A DNA stretch of 64,000 nt from Bacteroidales bacterium (GCA_016707785.1 JADJGZ010000014.1:4225-68224); one strand, 5' to 3'; shown: positions 39,634 through 49,535, counted from the stretch's first letter. Translations and numbers: made by a program. The notes: generated by a model not told the origin, from the letters alone.

Positions 39634-40389
39634 TCAGAGATTCAAAGATTCCAGTCCTTTAAACCTTCCGGCCCTTATAAGAAGAGCAGCCTTCTCCAGA
39701 TCAGCAGGTTTGCCCATATCAATCCAATCACCTGCATCATGAGCGATCCCTTGTATCAGGTTATTTCCGGCTAAACGAAGATAGAGATCAATCAATGAAA
39801 ATCGTCCTGCTTCCTGGATCATTCCAAAGATAGATGGGTCAATGATATGAATTCCACTGAAAGCGTAACGATGTAAGTTGCCAGCTTTACTATCAACAAT
39901 AATTTCCTGGTTTGTCCGGGTATTTTCCCAACCTGATAGTTTCATAGCATTGTCAAAGAGAAAATACCGGGAAGAGGTTCTTTCACTTACTGCCAGTGTT
40001 ACTAAGGCTTTATTATTTTTATGAAATTGCAGGAGTTGGTTTAGATTTACATTACTAAGCACATCAACATTGTGCAGGATGAAAGGCTTATCATCACTAA
40101 AAAACCACGATGCTTTCTTCAGCCCTCCACCTGTATCGAGAAGTTCTTCTCTCTCCTCGGATACCTCTATGTGTAAATCAAAATTGTTATTTGCTTTAAT
40201 AAAGTCGATTAATTGGTCAGCAAAGTGATGGACATTAATGATAATATCAGTGACGCCAGCATGTTTGAGCTGATGAATAACCAATTCAAGCATGGTAGTG
40301 TTACCAACCTTTACAAGTGCTTTTGGCTGTTTCTCAGTGAATGGATGAAGACGTGTGCCAAGCCCGGCAGCAAATATCATAGCCTTCAT
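39634..40389 (-). CDS. Sugar-1-phosphate nucleotidyltransferase, MurU-like
   Basis: 251 aa with an N-terminal AAGLGTRLHPFTEKQPKAL signature of the NTP_transferase fold. Its start overlaps the upstream ORF by 4 nt, and it shares an operon with the AmgK-like kinase. Confidence 0.7.
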   Translation of the reverse strand: MKAMIFAAGLGTRLHPFTEKQPKALVKVGNTTMLELVIHQLKHAGVTDIIINVHHFADQLIDFIKANNNFDLHIEVSEEREELLDTGGGLKKASWFFSDDKPFILHNVDVLSNVNLNQLLQFHKNNKALVTLAVSERTSSRYFLFDNAMKLSGWENTRTNQEIIVDSKAGNLHRYAFSGIHIIDPSIFGMIQEAGRFSLIDLYLRLAGNNLIQGIAHDAGDWIDMGKPADLEKAALLIRAGRFKGLESLNL

Positions 40390-40751
40390 GAACCGGCTTT
40401 TTGATTTTTAAAATAATTCCTTAAGATCACCTTTTTTAATTCCCGGTGGATTACCAGTTCTGAGATCACTTCTGCATAACTCCATTCCGGATGTTGATCA
40501 ATAGATTCCCTGATCTTGTGTTCGTTGAGATCAACCTGATAGAGCAGTGCGCTTAATTTTCCCTGGTCAATTTCAAGGAGGTTATGAATGATGGCGCTTA
40601 ATTGGTGAAACAGTTCGGAATATGCCATTTCTGTATTCCCGGTAAACTCAATATCCATTCCGAACATTAAAAAGTCCTTTTTTACCTGGGCTACAGTCTG
40701 AAGAATGATTTCAGTGCGGTTCTTGTAAACTTCAATGTCGAGTTTTTCCAA
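40386..40751 (-). CDS. Hypothetical protein (121 aa)
   Basis: TTG start 3 nt after the stop of the preceding small ORF, and a 4-nt overlap with the downstream gene. I recognise no motif. Confidence 0.5.
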   Translation of the reverse strand: MEKLDIEVYKNRTEIILQTVAQVKKDFLMFGMDIEFTGNTEMAYSELFHQLSAIIHNLLEIDQGKLSALLYQVDLNEHKIRESIDQHPEWSYAEVISELVIHRELKKVILRNYFKNQKAGS

Positions 40752-40753
40752 TC

Positions 40754-40891
40754 TTATTTATATGTTTCAGGTTTACAAAGGTGCTTTTCCTTATGTGCTT
40801 TATTCCCACACTTTTTACACTTAAACCTGGGGTTTTCCTGTTTTTCCTCCAATCTCCTGGAGTCGTTTGTTTTGCATAGTGTTTTTGTCAT
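40754..40891 (-). CDS. Possible 45-aa four-cysteine (zinc-ribbon-like) protein
   Basis: Hand translation: MTKTLCKTNDSRRLEEKQENPRFKCKKCGNKAHKEKHLCKPETYK*. It is not in the track (under 60 aa) and is tightly packed within the operon. Confidence 0.35.
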   Translation of the reverse strand: MTKTLCKTNDSRRLEEKQENPRFKCKKCGNKAHKEKHLCKPETYK

Positions 40892-40953
40892 TTCGACACT
40901 TTCCTTTAATGAAAACCTGAACATTAAGATTTACACTGAACAATAACAGCAAA

Positions 40954-42423
40954 TCATAACCATTGTTTGTCAAGTTCGGTATGATAAAGGATTACTTTCA
41001 GAGAGTATTTCTCTTCAAGGTACCTGGCAAGCTTTTCGGCACAATAAACTGAACGATGCTGGCCGCCGGTACAACCAAAATTAACCTGCAGATTTGAAAA
41101 CCCCCTGTTCATGTATTCCAGAATAGATTGATCAACCAGTTTGAATGTGTTAGTCAGAAAAGTATTCACTTTCTGCTCCCTCTCCAGAAACTGTATCACC
41201 AATGGGTCTCTGCCTGTATATGACTTAAAGTGCTCATACCTGCCCGGGTTAGGTAAAGCCCTGCAGTCAAAAATAAAGCCCCCTCCATGTCCTGAATAAT
41301 CAGGAGGAGGGCCATTTTTGAAAGCGAAGCTGTTTACTGAAATTGTAAGTCCCTCTCCTTCTCCAGGTTGAAAAGATTTAACTTCTGTATCAGCTAGGGT
41401 TTTCAGTGCTTTGATAAGTTCCGGAAGTTCTGGCTCAATCTTTACATTATCAAGCCACCACCGGAGATTATCGATAGCATAAGGGATGCTTTGAAGAAAA
41501 TGTGCTCTTCTTTCGAAATGTCCGCGGAATCCATATGCTCCCATTACCTGAAGCAACCGAATCAATACAAAGCCATAATAATGCTGAGTGAAAGAATTAT
41601 TATCAATTTTTCGGTGATGGGAAAGGCAACCCAGGTAATGCTCCAGCATTTCTTCCCTAAAATCGTAGGGTAATGCCGCTTTCACCTGGAATAATAAGGA
41701 TGCAAGGTCATATTGCAGAGGCCCTCGTCTTCCACCCTGGTAATCAATGAAGTGAGGAGAGCCTTTATGAATAAGTATATTTCTTGCCTGGAAATCCCGA
41801 TACATAAAAGACTGATTTCCAGCTTTTAATAAATAAAGAATAAGGCGATCAAAATCATTTTCAAGGGCATATTCGTTATGTGGGATTTTTAATAACCTCA
41901 GGAAATAGTATTTGAAGTAATTCAGATCCCATCTCATGCTTCTCGCATCGAATTCTTTTACGGGGTAACACTGGTTATAGTCGAGGTCATTGCCTGCTTC
42001 TATCTGAAATCTTGGTAATTCGGTAATTGTAGCCTTGTAAAGATCTTTCGTAACCGCGTCGGGTCTCCCATCTTTTCTGCCTTGCTCCAATTTCTGAAGT
42101 AATGACAGGTCCCCAAGATCACTAATCAGGTAACAATCGGTTTCTGTATTTTCTGAATAAATCTCAGGCACAGCCAGTCCACATTTATGGAAGTGCCTGG
42201 TGAATGACATAAATGCCCTGTTTTCTTGTTTGTCAGGACTATATACCCCGATGGCAATTTTCGACTGACCGTTTATCCGGTAATATTGTCTGTATGATCC
42301 GGCGGCAGGTAATGCAGTAATTTCAATACCTTGTTCACCTGACCAATCCATGAACAATCGTCTAAGTTCTTCCAGATGCTTCTGTTCCAAGTAGTTGGTA
42401 TTTATTCCGATGATGATATTCAA
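40954..42423 (-). CDS. Fusion of an AmgK-like anomeric sugar kinase (APH fold) with a RapZ/YvcJ C-terminal domain
   Basis: Residues ~1-345 show YRQYYRI, DLGD, YRDFQARNILI and IDYQGGRRGPLQYDLASLL. Residues ~355-489 show FDCRALPNPGRYEHFKSYTGRDPLV...FGCTGGQHRSVYCAEKLA. No RapZ N-terminal Walker A motif is present. Confidence 0.7.
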   Translation of the reverse strand: MNIIIGINTNYLEQKHLEELRRLFMDWSGEQGIEITALPAAGSYRQYYRINGQSKIAIGVYSPDKQENRAFMSFTRHFHKCGLAVPEIYSENTETDCYLISDLGDLSLLQKLEQGRKDGRPDAVTKDLYKATITELPRFQIEAGNDLDYNQCYPVKEFDARSMRWDLNYFKYYFLRLLKIPHNEYALENDFDRLILYLLKAGNQSFMYRDFQARNILIHKGSPHFIDYQGGRRGPLQYDLASLLFQVKAALPYDFREEMLEHYLGCLSHHRKIDNNSFTQHYYGFVLIRLLQVMGAYGFRGHFERRAHFLQSIPYAIDNLRWWLDNVKIEPELPELIKALKTLADTEVKSFQPGEGEGLTISVNSFAFKNGPPPDYSGHGGGFIFDCRALPNPGRYEHFKSYTGRDPLVIQFLEREQKVNTFLTNTFKLVDQSILEYMNRGFSNLQVNFGCTGGQHRSVYCAEKLARYLEEKYSLKVILYHTELDKQWL

Positions 42424-42513
42424 CGAATTACAAACTTACCGACTTTTTAGCTATAATTTTCTAAGTATTTTATGGAATTCTATTCAACTACAGTTTTCAT
42501 TCTTTAAACATTT

Positions 42514-42521
42514 ATCTTTGT
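42514..42521 (+). promoter_or_regulatory. -7 promoter box for the ferritin-like gene
   Basis: TAtcTTTG, 36 nt upstream of ATG 42557. Confidence 0.45.
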
Positions 42522-42556
42522 TGTCTCTCTCTGACAGAATTAAAATAACTATACCT

Positions 42557-43057
42557 ATGGAAAACAATAAAGCGCTGGAAATCTTGAAGACTGCTATCCT
42601 TATGGAGAAGCGTGGCAAGGCATTTTATGAGAAAATGGCAGAACAGACACAGAGTCCTGAAGCCCGTAAGATTTTCTCAATCATGGCTGAAGAGGAGAAA
42701 ACCCATGTAGAATTCCTTTCTGTTCAATTCAGTCATTACATAAAGGAACACAGTTTCCTGAAACCAGACAAATCAATGGCCCAGGAAGATGTGGCTCATG
42801 AAATTTTAAATGCAGACCTGGTCAAGCAAATTTCAGCAGCCAGTTTTGAGGCCGCTGCAATTTCTGCTGCAATGGATTTTGAAACAAGGGCTGTTGAGGT
42901 GTATTCAAAACGCGCAGCTGAAACAGAGGACCCTAATGAAAAAGAACTTTATCTATGGCTGGCTGAATGGGAAAGTGGTCATCACAAGATTCTGCACGAT
43001 CTGAATGAGCAACTAAAAGAAGATATCTGGTTTGACAACCAATTCTGGCCTTTCTAA
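42557..43057 (+). CDS. Ferritin-like / rubrerythrin-family di-iron protein
   Basis: Start chosen at MENNKALEIL (track start 42395). Two E..(E)..H motifs are seen (MEKRG...AEEEKTHVEFL and FETRA...AEWESGHHKIL). Confidence 0.75.
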   Translation: MENNKALEILKTAILMEKRGKAFYEKMAEQTQSPEARKIFSIMAEEEKTHVEFLSVQFSHYIKEHSFLKPDKSMAQEDVAHEILNADLVKQISAASFEAAAISAAMDFETRAVEVYSKRAAETEDPNEKELYLWLAEWESGHHKILHDLNEQLKEDIWFDNQFWPF

Positions 43058-43078
43058 ACGAAAGGGAAACTTATTCTG

Positions 43079-43105
43079 AGCCTCTGAAAAGAGGCTTTTT
43101 TTTTG
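43079..43105 (+). terminator. Rho-independent terminator
   Basis: AGCCTC-TGAAAA-GAGGCT followed by T9. Confidence 0.8.
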
Positions 43106-43442
43106 TAGTCAGGATCTTCCGAAAGTTCTCAAATGCTGCGTTTATTAATAGGTATTTAAAGATCTGAATTCATTGTGAGTTAAAAAAGCAACATCATGTA
43201 ATAATCAGGATATCAAGTTTTTATAATTGCATGTTTTAATAGTATCATCATGAAAACGATAAAAAAATTTGGATTACACTATTACTTTTTTAGGGATTGT
43301 CAATAAATAATAAAAACCCTGTTTTAACTAGTTTATAACATTCACCTATTCTGATCAGGTATAACAGAAAAATTCTTCAAATCTGAATGTTTGTGTCTAG
43401 TAAGAGCATGCAACCTAAAAAAAACTCCCAAACTATCTCACA

Positions 43443-43769
43443 ATGAAACTATTTTCCAATTTAATCAGTGTAAAGAAGAAGGATACTGAATCAACCAGGA
43501 GAAGTGTTAATCAACAAACTGACCTTCTGATTGAAATCATCAATGAGTCAATTGAAATTGCTAAAGTATCTCCAAACCTGGAGGTTAAAAAAGCTCGTCT
43601 TGACTATGCAATGAAAAAAGTGATTGACCTGATTGCTCTTGCTAATCGTTATCCATTCATTGCTTCTAAAAGGTTAGCACCTTTATATGCCTCCATCAGA
43701 GAAGTGAGAAATGACATCAAATCGATGGAAAATGTAATGGTAAGATTCGGAAAAAAGGAAGTAGCCTAA
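43443..43769 (+). CDS. Hypothetical protein (108 aa)
   Basis: An ORF followed by its own terminator. I recognise no motif. Confidence 0.5.
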   Translation: MKLFSNLISVKKKDTESTRRSVNQQTDLLIEIINESIEIAKVSPNLEVKKARLDYAMKKVIDLIALANRYPFIASKRLAPLYASIREVRNDIKSMENVMVRFGKKEVA

Positions 43770-43799
43770 GAAATTCCGGTAATTCCTCAAAATATTTTA

Positions 43800-43861
43800 C
43801 TGCGGATCAGGAAAGATGAATGGATTAAACCCCATCATGATACCTGATCCGCAGTTTTTTT
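43800..43861 (+). terminator. Terminator (long-loop hairpin plus T-run)
   Basis: CTGCGGATCAGG ... CCTGATCCGCAG followed by T8. Confidence 0.6.
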
Positions 43862-43974
43862 ATTTCTCAAAGCTGGGAAAAATCTGAAAACTGGTGATGT
43901 TGCCTTTTGTCCCTGCCCGAATGAAGCACTTTTCATCCGCCAGCCTAACGGACTAAATCCCCTCGTTCAGGCTG

Positions 43975-44040
43975 GTTTTGCCCCAAAGGGGAGCCTTTGG
44001 CTCATTTTGCATTTTTCATTTTGCATTTTTCATTTTGCAT
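43975..44040. repeat. Hairpin GGGGAGCCTTTGGCTC followed by (CATTTTGCATTTTT)x2.7
   Basis: Read directly. The hairpin core is the same as in the 9600-10245 mosaic. It lies just downstream of the TonB-dependent receptor stop codon. Confidence 0.8.
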
Positions 44041-44059
44041 AACTACAATGAGCAAGATG

Positions 44060-46510
44060 TTAAAAAAGTCCACCACCTTTAAAACTGGCGTCATCAGCAC
44101 GTCCTCTTTGTTTATTCTGGAAATTATTAAAGGAATAGGATGCCGTTACCATAAAAATAGGACCTTCGGCTCTGATCTGGTATGAATTATCAAAGCTGCT
44201 TCCCTTAACAGTATAATCAAATTTTATGGAGTTGAGGACATTTTGAGCCGAGAGACCAATATTTGCTTTACCCTTCATAATAGGTTGGTTTACTGCCAGG
44301 TTTACAGTATAGAATCCTGAGCTGTTGCCTTGTGCATCAATTCCTGCTCCCTGGAAGTACCCTACTCCCTGAATCCTGGTTCCCCATTTCAGCGTGAAGT
44401 TTGATATCAGCCTGGCATCCCATGAATTGGCATCTTTTGTATTTTGTTTGTTTTCGACCAGACTTTCAATGGAGTAATGGTAAAGATTTCCCCCTGTACT
44501 TAGCTGCCACCATTTTGTCAGGTTAAAATCCATACTGGCCTCAAAACCATAAGATTGCTGTTGGTTGGTATTGATCAGCTGATGAATCATGATCCCATCA
44601 TCCTGGAGTAATCGCAGGGTATTGAAGCTGTTTGATGTATTCCTGTAATAAGTTTGAATGGAAAGTGTTGAGATTTTATATACCAATCGGTAGTTCAACT
44701 CAAATGCATCAGTGTATTCTGGTTCAAGATATGGGCTGCCCTGGAAAATGTTATAAGGATCAACATAACCGGGTTGTTTGTTGAGTAACCAGGGTTGAGG
44801 GCGATTAATTCGTCTGCTGTAACTTAGCTGGAACTGGTGTTTTCCTTTAATATCCTTTGAAAGGTGAACACTGGGATAAAGCATGAATTTATCAAAGTTG
44901 TATTTTTCAGTGTCGTTTGTAAAAGTAATCTGCCTGGTGAAATACTCTGACCTAAGTCCCAGCATATATCCAATTCCCCATTGTGTTCCTGAATAGGTAG
45001 CATACCCTGAATATATATCATTCAGGTAATCCAGGAAATAAGTGAATTGCTCATTAGGGATCCAAACATTACTGTCTACATCGAAGTTGAAAAATCTGAG
45101 GTCATCTTCCCTGTCTTCATGGCGATACTGGATGCCCATTTCCAAAGTCCCTTTACCCACTGGCTGTTTATAGTCGGCATTGAACCGATATTGGTAGTTA
45201 AAATTATCTTTAACGTAATTCAAATCGGATTGTAAGCCTGTTACATGGTAATTCTCGTCAGCTATCTGTTCAGTAAGGAAGTTTTCATCACGCCCGTCCC
45301 ATGCTGAAAAGGTGGAGCTGAAGGATAAGGTATGATTCTCCTTGAACTTATGAAGGTAATCAAGTGTCAGACTAGGCACATTTCCGGTTACATCCATGAA
45401 ATTGGAGCTGGCCCTGAATGCTTTAATGTCTGAAGATCCAAGCTGGTAACTATATCTGGCATCCGTACCCCGATCATAGCCCTGTTTTCCATAACTGCCT
45501 GAAAAAGTAAAGGAGTTTTTATCATTCAGATCATAGTCGATGCCTACTTTCCCTGTAAGATTTTCATTCTTGAAATATTGATCGGCTGTTTCTTGAACTG
45601 ATTGATTTCCTGATGGTAAATAGCTGGTATTATTGATTGTAAGATAACCACGATTTATATTATCAGCATAGTCGACCCCTGCAAAAACATTCACCTTCCC
45701 TTTACGGTAATTTATCAATGCATTGGCAGTATATTTATCTGTGGTGCCAATGGAAGTATTTATTGTTCCGTTTAAGCCTTGCAGGTAGTCTTTTTTACGG
45801 ATGATATTAATTATTCCGGCTTGTCCTTCTGAATCATATTTAGCAGAAGGATTTGTGATAACTTCGATCTGTTTGATAGAGGCCGCATTGATTTGTTTTA
45901 AAGCATCGCTGCCTTTTAAAACACTGGGCTTGCCATCGATCAGGACTATAAAGTCAGAGCTTCCCCTGAGCGTCACATTTCCCTGGGGATCCACCTGGAT
46001 GGATGGAGTATTTTCAAGGATATTAACAGCAGAACCTGCTTTATTTACAGCGGTCTGATCAACATTTATTACCCTTTTGTCGATCTGGTATTCCACTTTT
46101 GACTTTTCAGCGACAACCGACACCTCACTCAGGTTGGAACTTGACGATGACATATTGATGATTCCAAGATCAGCCACTGGTTTATTTGGCGTGATCGTGA
46201 CTTTTTCAGTTTGGTGTTTATCAAACCCTAAGAAGGATATCTTGACAAAATAATCGCCATGGGGAAGTTTTTCAATCCTGAATTCACCATTTTCTGAGGT
46301 AATTGTGCCGGTAACCATCGATGAATCATTTGCTTTATATACAGCGATATTGACATATTCCATTGGCTTGTTGGTAGCTGCATCAATGATTTTTCCATTG
46401 ATAATTCCACCTTTAGGATCGGGTGTAAATTCACCAGCCAAAGTTTTATAACCGCCAGCAAGAATCAATAGTACAATGCTTACTATTAAAAGAATGTTTT
46501 GTTTTTTCAT
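44060..46510 (-). CDS. TonB-dependent receptor / outer-membrane beta-barrel with an N-terminal CarboxypepD_reg-like domain
   Basis: 816 aa with a signal peptide. Seen: GKIIDAATNKPMEYVNIAVYK (carboxypeptidase-regulatory-like) and plug motifs (ENTPSIQVDPQGNVTLRGS). The long beta-barrel ends ...FKGGGLF. Confidence 0.85.
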   Translation of the reverse strand: MKKQNILLIVSIVLLILAGGYKTLAGEFTPDPKGGIINGKIIDAATNKPMEYVNIAVYKANDSSMVTGTITSENGEFRIEKLPHGDYFVKISFLGFDKHQTEKVTITPNKPVADLGIINMSSSSSNLSEVSVVAEKSKVEYQIDKRVINVDQTAVNKAGSAVNILENTPSIQVDPQGNVTLRGSSDFIVLIDGKPSVLKGSDALKQINAASIKQIEVITNPSAKYDSEGQAGIINIIRKKDYLQGLNGTINTSIGTTDKYTANALINYRKGKVNVFAGVDYADNINRGYLTINNTSYLPSGNQSVQETADQYFKNENLTGKVGIDYDLNDKNSFTFSGSYGKQGYDRGTDARYSYQLGSSDIKAFRASSNFMDVTGNVPSLTLDYLHKFKENHTLSFSSTFSAWDGRDENFLTEQIADENYHVTGLQSDLNYVKDNFNYQYRFNADYKQPVGKGTLEMGIQYRHEDREDDLRFFNFDVDSNVWIPNEQFTYFLDYLNDIYSGYATYSGTQWGIGYMLGLRSEYFTRQITFTNDTEKYNFDKFMLYPSVHLSKDIKGKHQFQLSYSRRINRPQPWLLNKQPGYVDPYNIFQGSPYLEPEYTDAFELNYRLVYKISTLSIQTYYRNTSNSFNTLRLLQDDGIMIHQLINTNQQQSYGFEASMDFNLTKWWQLSTGGNLYHYSIESLVENKQNTKDANSWDARLISNFTLKWGTRIQGVGYFQGAGIDAQGNSSGFYTVNLAVNQPIMKGKANIGLSAQNVLNSIKFDYTVKGSSFDNSYQIRAEGPIFMVTASYSFNNFQNKQRGRADDASFKGGGLF

Positions 46511-46843
46511 GAGTGTTTATTGCCTTTTGTGAATGAATGATTCAGAGTTTAAAAATCAATTGTTGTGACGCAAAATTGAGACAGCTGTTACTCATTCTAA
46601 AAATATTTCCGGTGAAAGCATGAAATCACTAGGTGAACAAGTGAAATGTCAGGTTGAAAATGAACAGTCTACTCTTTCTGTATTTACCGATTAATGAGCG
46701 GTGTTTAATGATCCGGATAATATTAATAAGTCATTCAAGTAATAGATATACAGATAGTTACATGTTGATAAAAGAATGTTATTATTCAATAGTTGTGAGA
46801 TTGCATTTCCTATCTTTAAAGCCTGAAAACTAAATAAATTGTA

Positions 46844-48886
46844 ATGACAGATTTGATTACCCAAAAGGCAGCTGACAATATTAGAATTCTTGCAGCATCA
46901 ATGGTTGAGAAGGCCAAATCAGGACATCCTGGAGGAGCGATGGGAGGGGCCGATTTTATCAATATCCTGTATACCGAGTTCCTCAGGTATGATCCTTCTG
47001 ATATGAATTGGCATATGCGTGACCGCTTTTTCCTTGATCCTGGTCATATGTCTCCCATGCTTTATTCGGTTCTGGCACTATCAGGAAATTACTCGTTAGA
47101 GGATCTTAAAAGTTTCAGGCAATGGGGAAGTTGCACTCCCGGCCATCCCGAGGCGGATCCGGCAAGAGGTGTTGAAAATACATCCGGACCTTTAGGACAA
47201 GGGCATACTATGGCTGTAGGAGCAGCAATTGCAGAGCGGTTTCTGTGTGCCCGATTCGGAGAATGGATGTCGCATAAAACCTATACCTATATTTCAGATG
47301 GAGGTATCCAGGAAGAAGTTTCTCAATCAGCAGGTCGAATTGCAGGATTTCTGGGGTTGAATAACCTGATTATGTTTTTTGACTCGAATGATATTCAGCT
47401 TTCAACACCAACCAATGCTGTTACAAATGAGGATACAGCAATGAAATACAGGGCATGGGGCTGGAATGTAATTACGATTGATGGGAATGATGCTAACCAG
47501 ATACGAACCGCTTTAAAGGAAGCAAATTCAGAGAATGAAAGGCCTACCCTCATCATTGGAAAGACGATCATGGGTAAGGGAGCTGTTACTGCAGAGGGTA
47601 TTTCTTATGAAAGAAACTGTGCAACTCATGGTATGCCATTAGGAGAATCCGGAGCATCATTTGAATTGACAATCAAAGGGTTGGGTGGAAATCCTCAGGA
47701 TCCGTTTACAGTTTTTCCTGAAGTTAAAGATTTCTATTTACGTACTAAAGAGGAGAAAGTCAAGCAGGCAGCTATTCGGAAATCCATAGAAAATGAATGG
47801 AAACAAAATCATCCGGAATTAGCATTGAAATTGAAATCATTTTTTGCAGGTGAATTGCCAGATCTTGATTATGCTTCAATCGTTCAGAAAGAGAATATCG
47901 CAAGCAGGGCTGCTTCCTCAGTAGTACTGGGTTACCTGGCTCAACATGTTGAAAATATGATCGTGAGCTCTGCTGATCTTGCAAATAGTGATAAAACGGA
48001 CGGCTTCCTGAAATATACCAGGCCATTTGCAAAAAATGATTTCTCCGGCGCCTTCCTGCAAGCCGGGGTGAGCGAATTAACCATGGCTGCGATCTGTAAT
48101 GGAATAGCACTTCATGGGGGTGTATGGGCAGCTTGTGCAACATTCTTTGTTTTTAGTGATTATATGAAGCCTGCAATCAGGCTTTCTGCACTCATGGAAT
48201 TACCTGTAAAGTATATATGGAGCCATGATGCTTTCAGAGTTGGAGAAGATGGACCTACCCATCAACCTATCGAACAGGAAGCCCAGATCAGATTGCTGGA
48301 GCAACTTAAGAATCATCACGGGAAAATGAGTTTGCTGGCGTTAAGGCCTTCAGATGCTTACGAAACTTCAGTTGCCTGGAAAATGGCAATGGAGAATAAG
48401 TCTACTCCTACCGCATTGATACTGTCAAGGCAAAATATAATTGATATTCCAGCTAAAACAGATTCCCTGAGGTACAAGGATGCTCTTCAGGCTGAGAAAG
48501 GAGCTTATATAGCTGTTGATTCCGATGGTATTCCTGATGTTATTTTGTTAGCCAGCGGTTCCGAAGTTTCCACATTAGTGCAGGCGTCGTATTTATTGAA
48601 AGAGAGAAAATCTATCAATTCAAGAATCGTATCTGCAATATCTGAAGGCTTATTCCGACAGCAACCTGCATCATACCAGGAACAAGTGATTCCCGGAGAC
48701 ATTCCTGTTTTTGGACTCACAGCAGGCTTGCCAGTCACACTTTCCGGACTTGTTGGTAAAAGTGGCTTTATCTGGGGTGTTGATCATTTTGGGTATTCTG
48801 CCCCAGCTAAAATACTTGATGAGAAGTTTGGGTTTACGCCAGAAAGTGTTTATAGTCAGGTAATTAATTTTCTTGGGATTAAGTAA
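46844..48886 (+). CDS. tkt: Transketolase
   Basis: 680 aa. Seen: SGHPGGAMG, GPLGQGH, the ISDGG..EEVS TPP-binding region, and GEDGPTHQPIE. Confidence 0.95.
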   Translation: MTDLITQKAADNIRILAASMVEKAKSGHPGGAMGGADFINILYTEFLRYDPSDMNWHMRDRFFLDPGHMSPMLYSVLALSGNYSLEDLKSFRQWGSCTPGHPEADPARGVENTSGPLGQGHTMAVGAAIAERFLCARFGEWMSHKTYTYISDGGIQEEVSQSAGRIAGFLGLNNLIMFFDSNDIQLSTPTNAVTNEDTAMKYRAWGWNVITIDGNDANQIRTALKEANSENERPTLIIGKTIMGKGAVTAEGISYERNCATHGMPLGESGASFELTIKGLGGNPQDPFTVFPEVKDFYLRTKEEKVKQAAIRKSIENEWKQNHPELALKLKSFFAGELPDLDYASIVQKENIASRAASSVVLGYLAQHVENMIVSSADLANSDKTDGFLKYTRPFAKNDFSGAFLQAGVSELTMAAICNGIALHGGVWAACATFFVFSDYMKPAIRLSALMELPVKYIWSHDAFRVGEDGPTHQPIEQEAQIRLLEQLKNHHGKMSLLALRPSDAYETSVAWKMAMENKSTPTALILSRQNIIDIPAKTDSLRYKDALQAEKGAYIAVDSDGIPDVILLASGSEVSTLVQASYLLKERKSINSRIVSAISEGLFRQQPASYQEQVIPGDIPVFGLTAGLPVTLSGLVGKSGFIWGVDHFGYSAPAKILDEKFGFTPESVYSQVINFLGIK

Positions 48887-49056
48887 GGCCAAAGCTGTAT
48901 TAATTGCTTCATTACTGGAACTATCTGTTTTAAATTTGAACATTTAGATGCAGGTACTTTTTCATCAATAAAAATTCCAGGTTTGTTTTTGAACCTTTTC
49001 ACTGGTACAATTTGATTTTTTGGATAATTTCCATTGTAAACTAAAACCAGAATTTT

Positions 49057-49096
49057 AAAAAGGTGTCCGACTTCCAGAAGTCGGACACCTTTTTAT
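49057..49096. terminator. Strong bidirectional terminator hairpin
   Basis: 13-bp stem AGGTGTCCGACTT-CCAG-AAGTCGGACACCT, flanked by A4 and T4. Confidence 0.75.
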
Positions 49097-49535
49097 TGCC
49101 TATTCTATTTTAAAGAAAGTCATAATTATAGGATTTGCACATCTATCAATTAATTGCTAAATACATTCTGTTGTTTTACTGCATAAGCAATTCTTTTTCA
49201 GATAACTAGAGCAATTTGTCAGTTGCAATCCCAATATCGGAGTAAAAATATGTTTTTTTGTTCCAAAATAGGAAATTGTGAGTAATATTTGAATGGTTTT
49301 ACGATGAAAACTGTACTAAAAAGTATTATATATATCACATAATCAGTAGCTTGATATGTTTGGCAAAATTTTTGAAATCTGAATAATCCGAAATTGATGG
49401 GTTTCATTAATAGTCCATCCGTTCAAATGTTTGCTGATAAAGACTTTCAGTCATGAATGATATACAGAATTCTGTCGTGAAAGTCTTATAATTGGTTTAA
49501 TATCAAGAAGTTGACAAAAATCAAAGATAAGTAAA

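Noticed and set aside
46511-46843. Possible riboswitch in the divergent TonB-receptor / tkt intergenic region
   Set aside because: I could not recognise any conserved riboswitch core (TPP, cobalamin etc.) by eye. This remains untested without a covariance-model search.
49219-49407. 62-aa minus-strand ORF in an AT-rich spacer
   Set aside because: The sequence is low-complexity and hydrophobic by AT bias. It has no promoter box or ribosome-binding context and is not flanked by operon partners.
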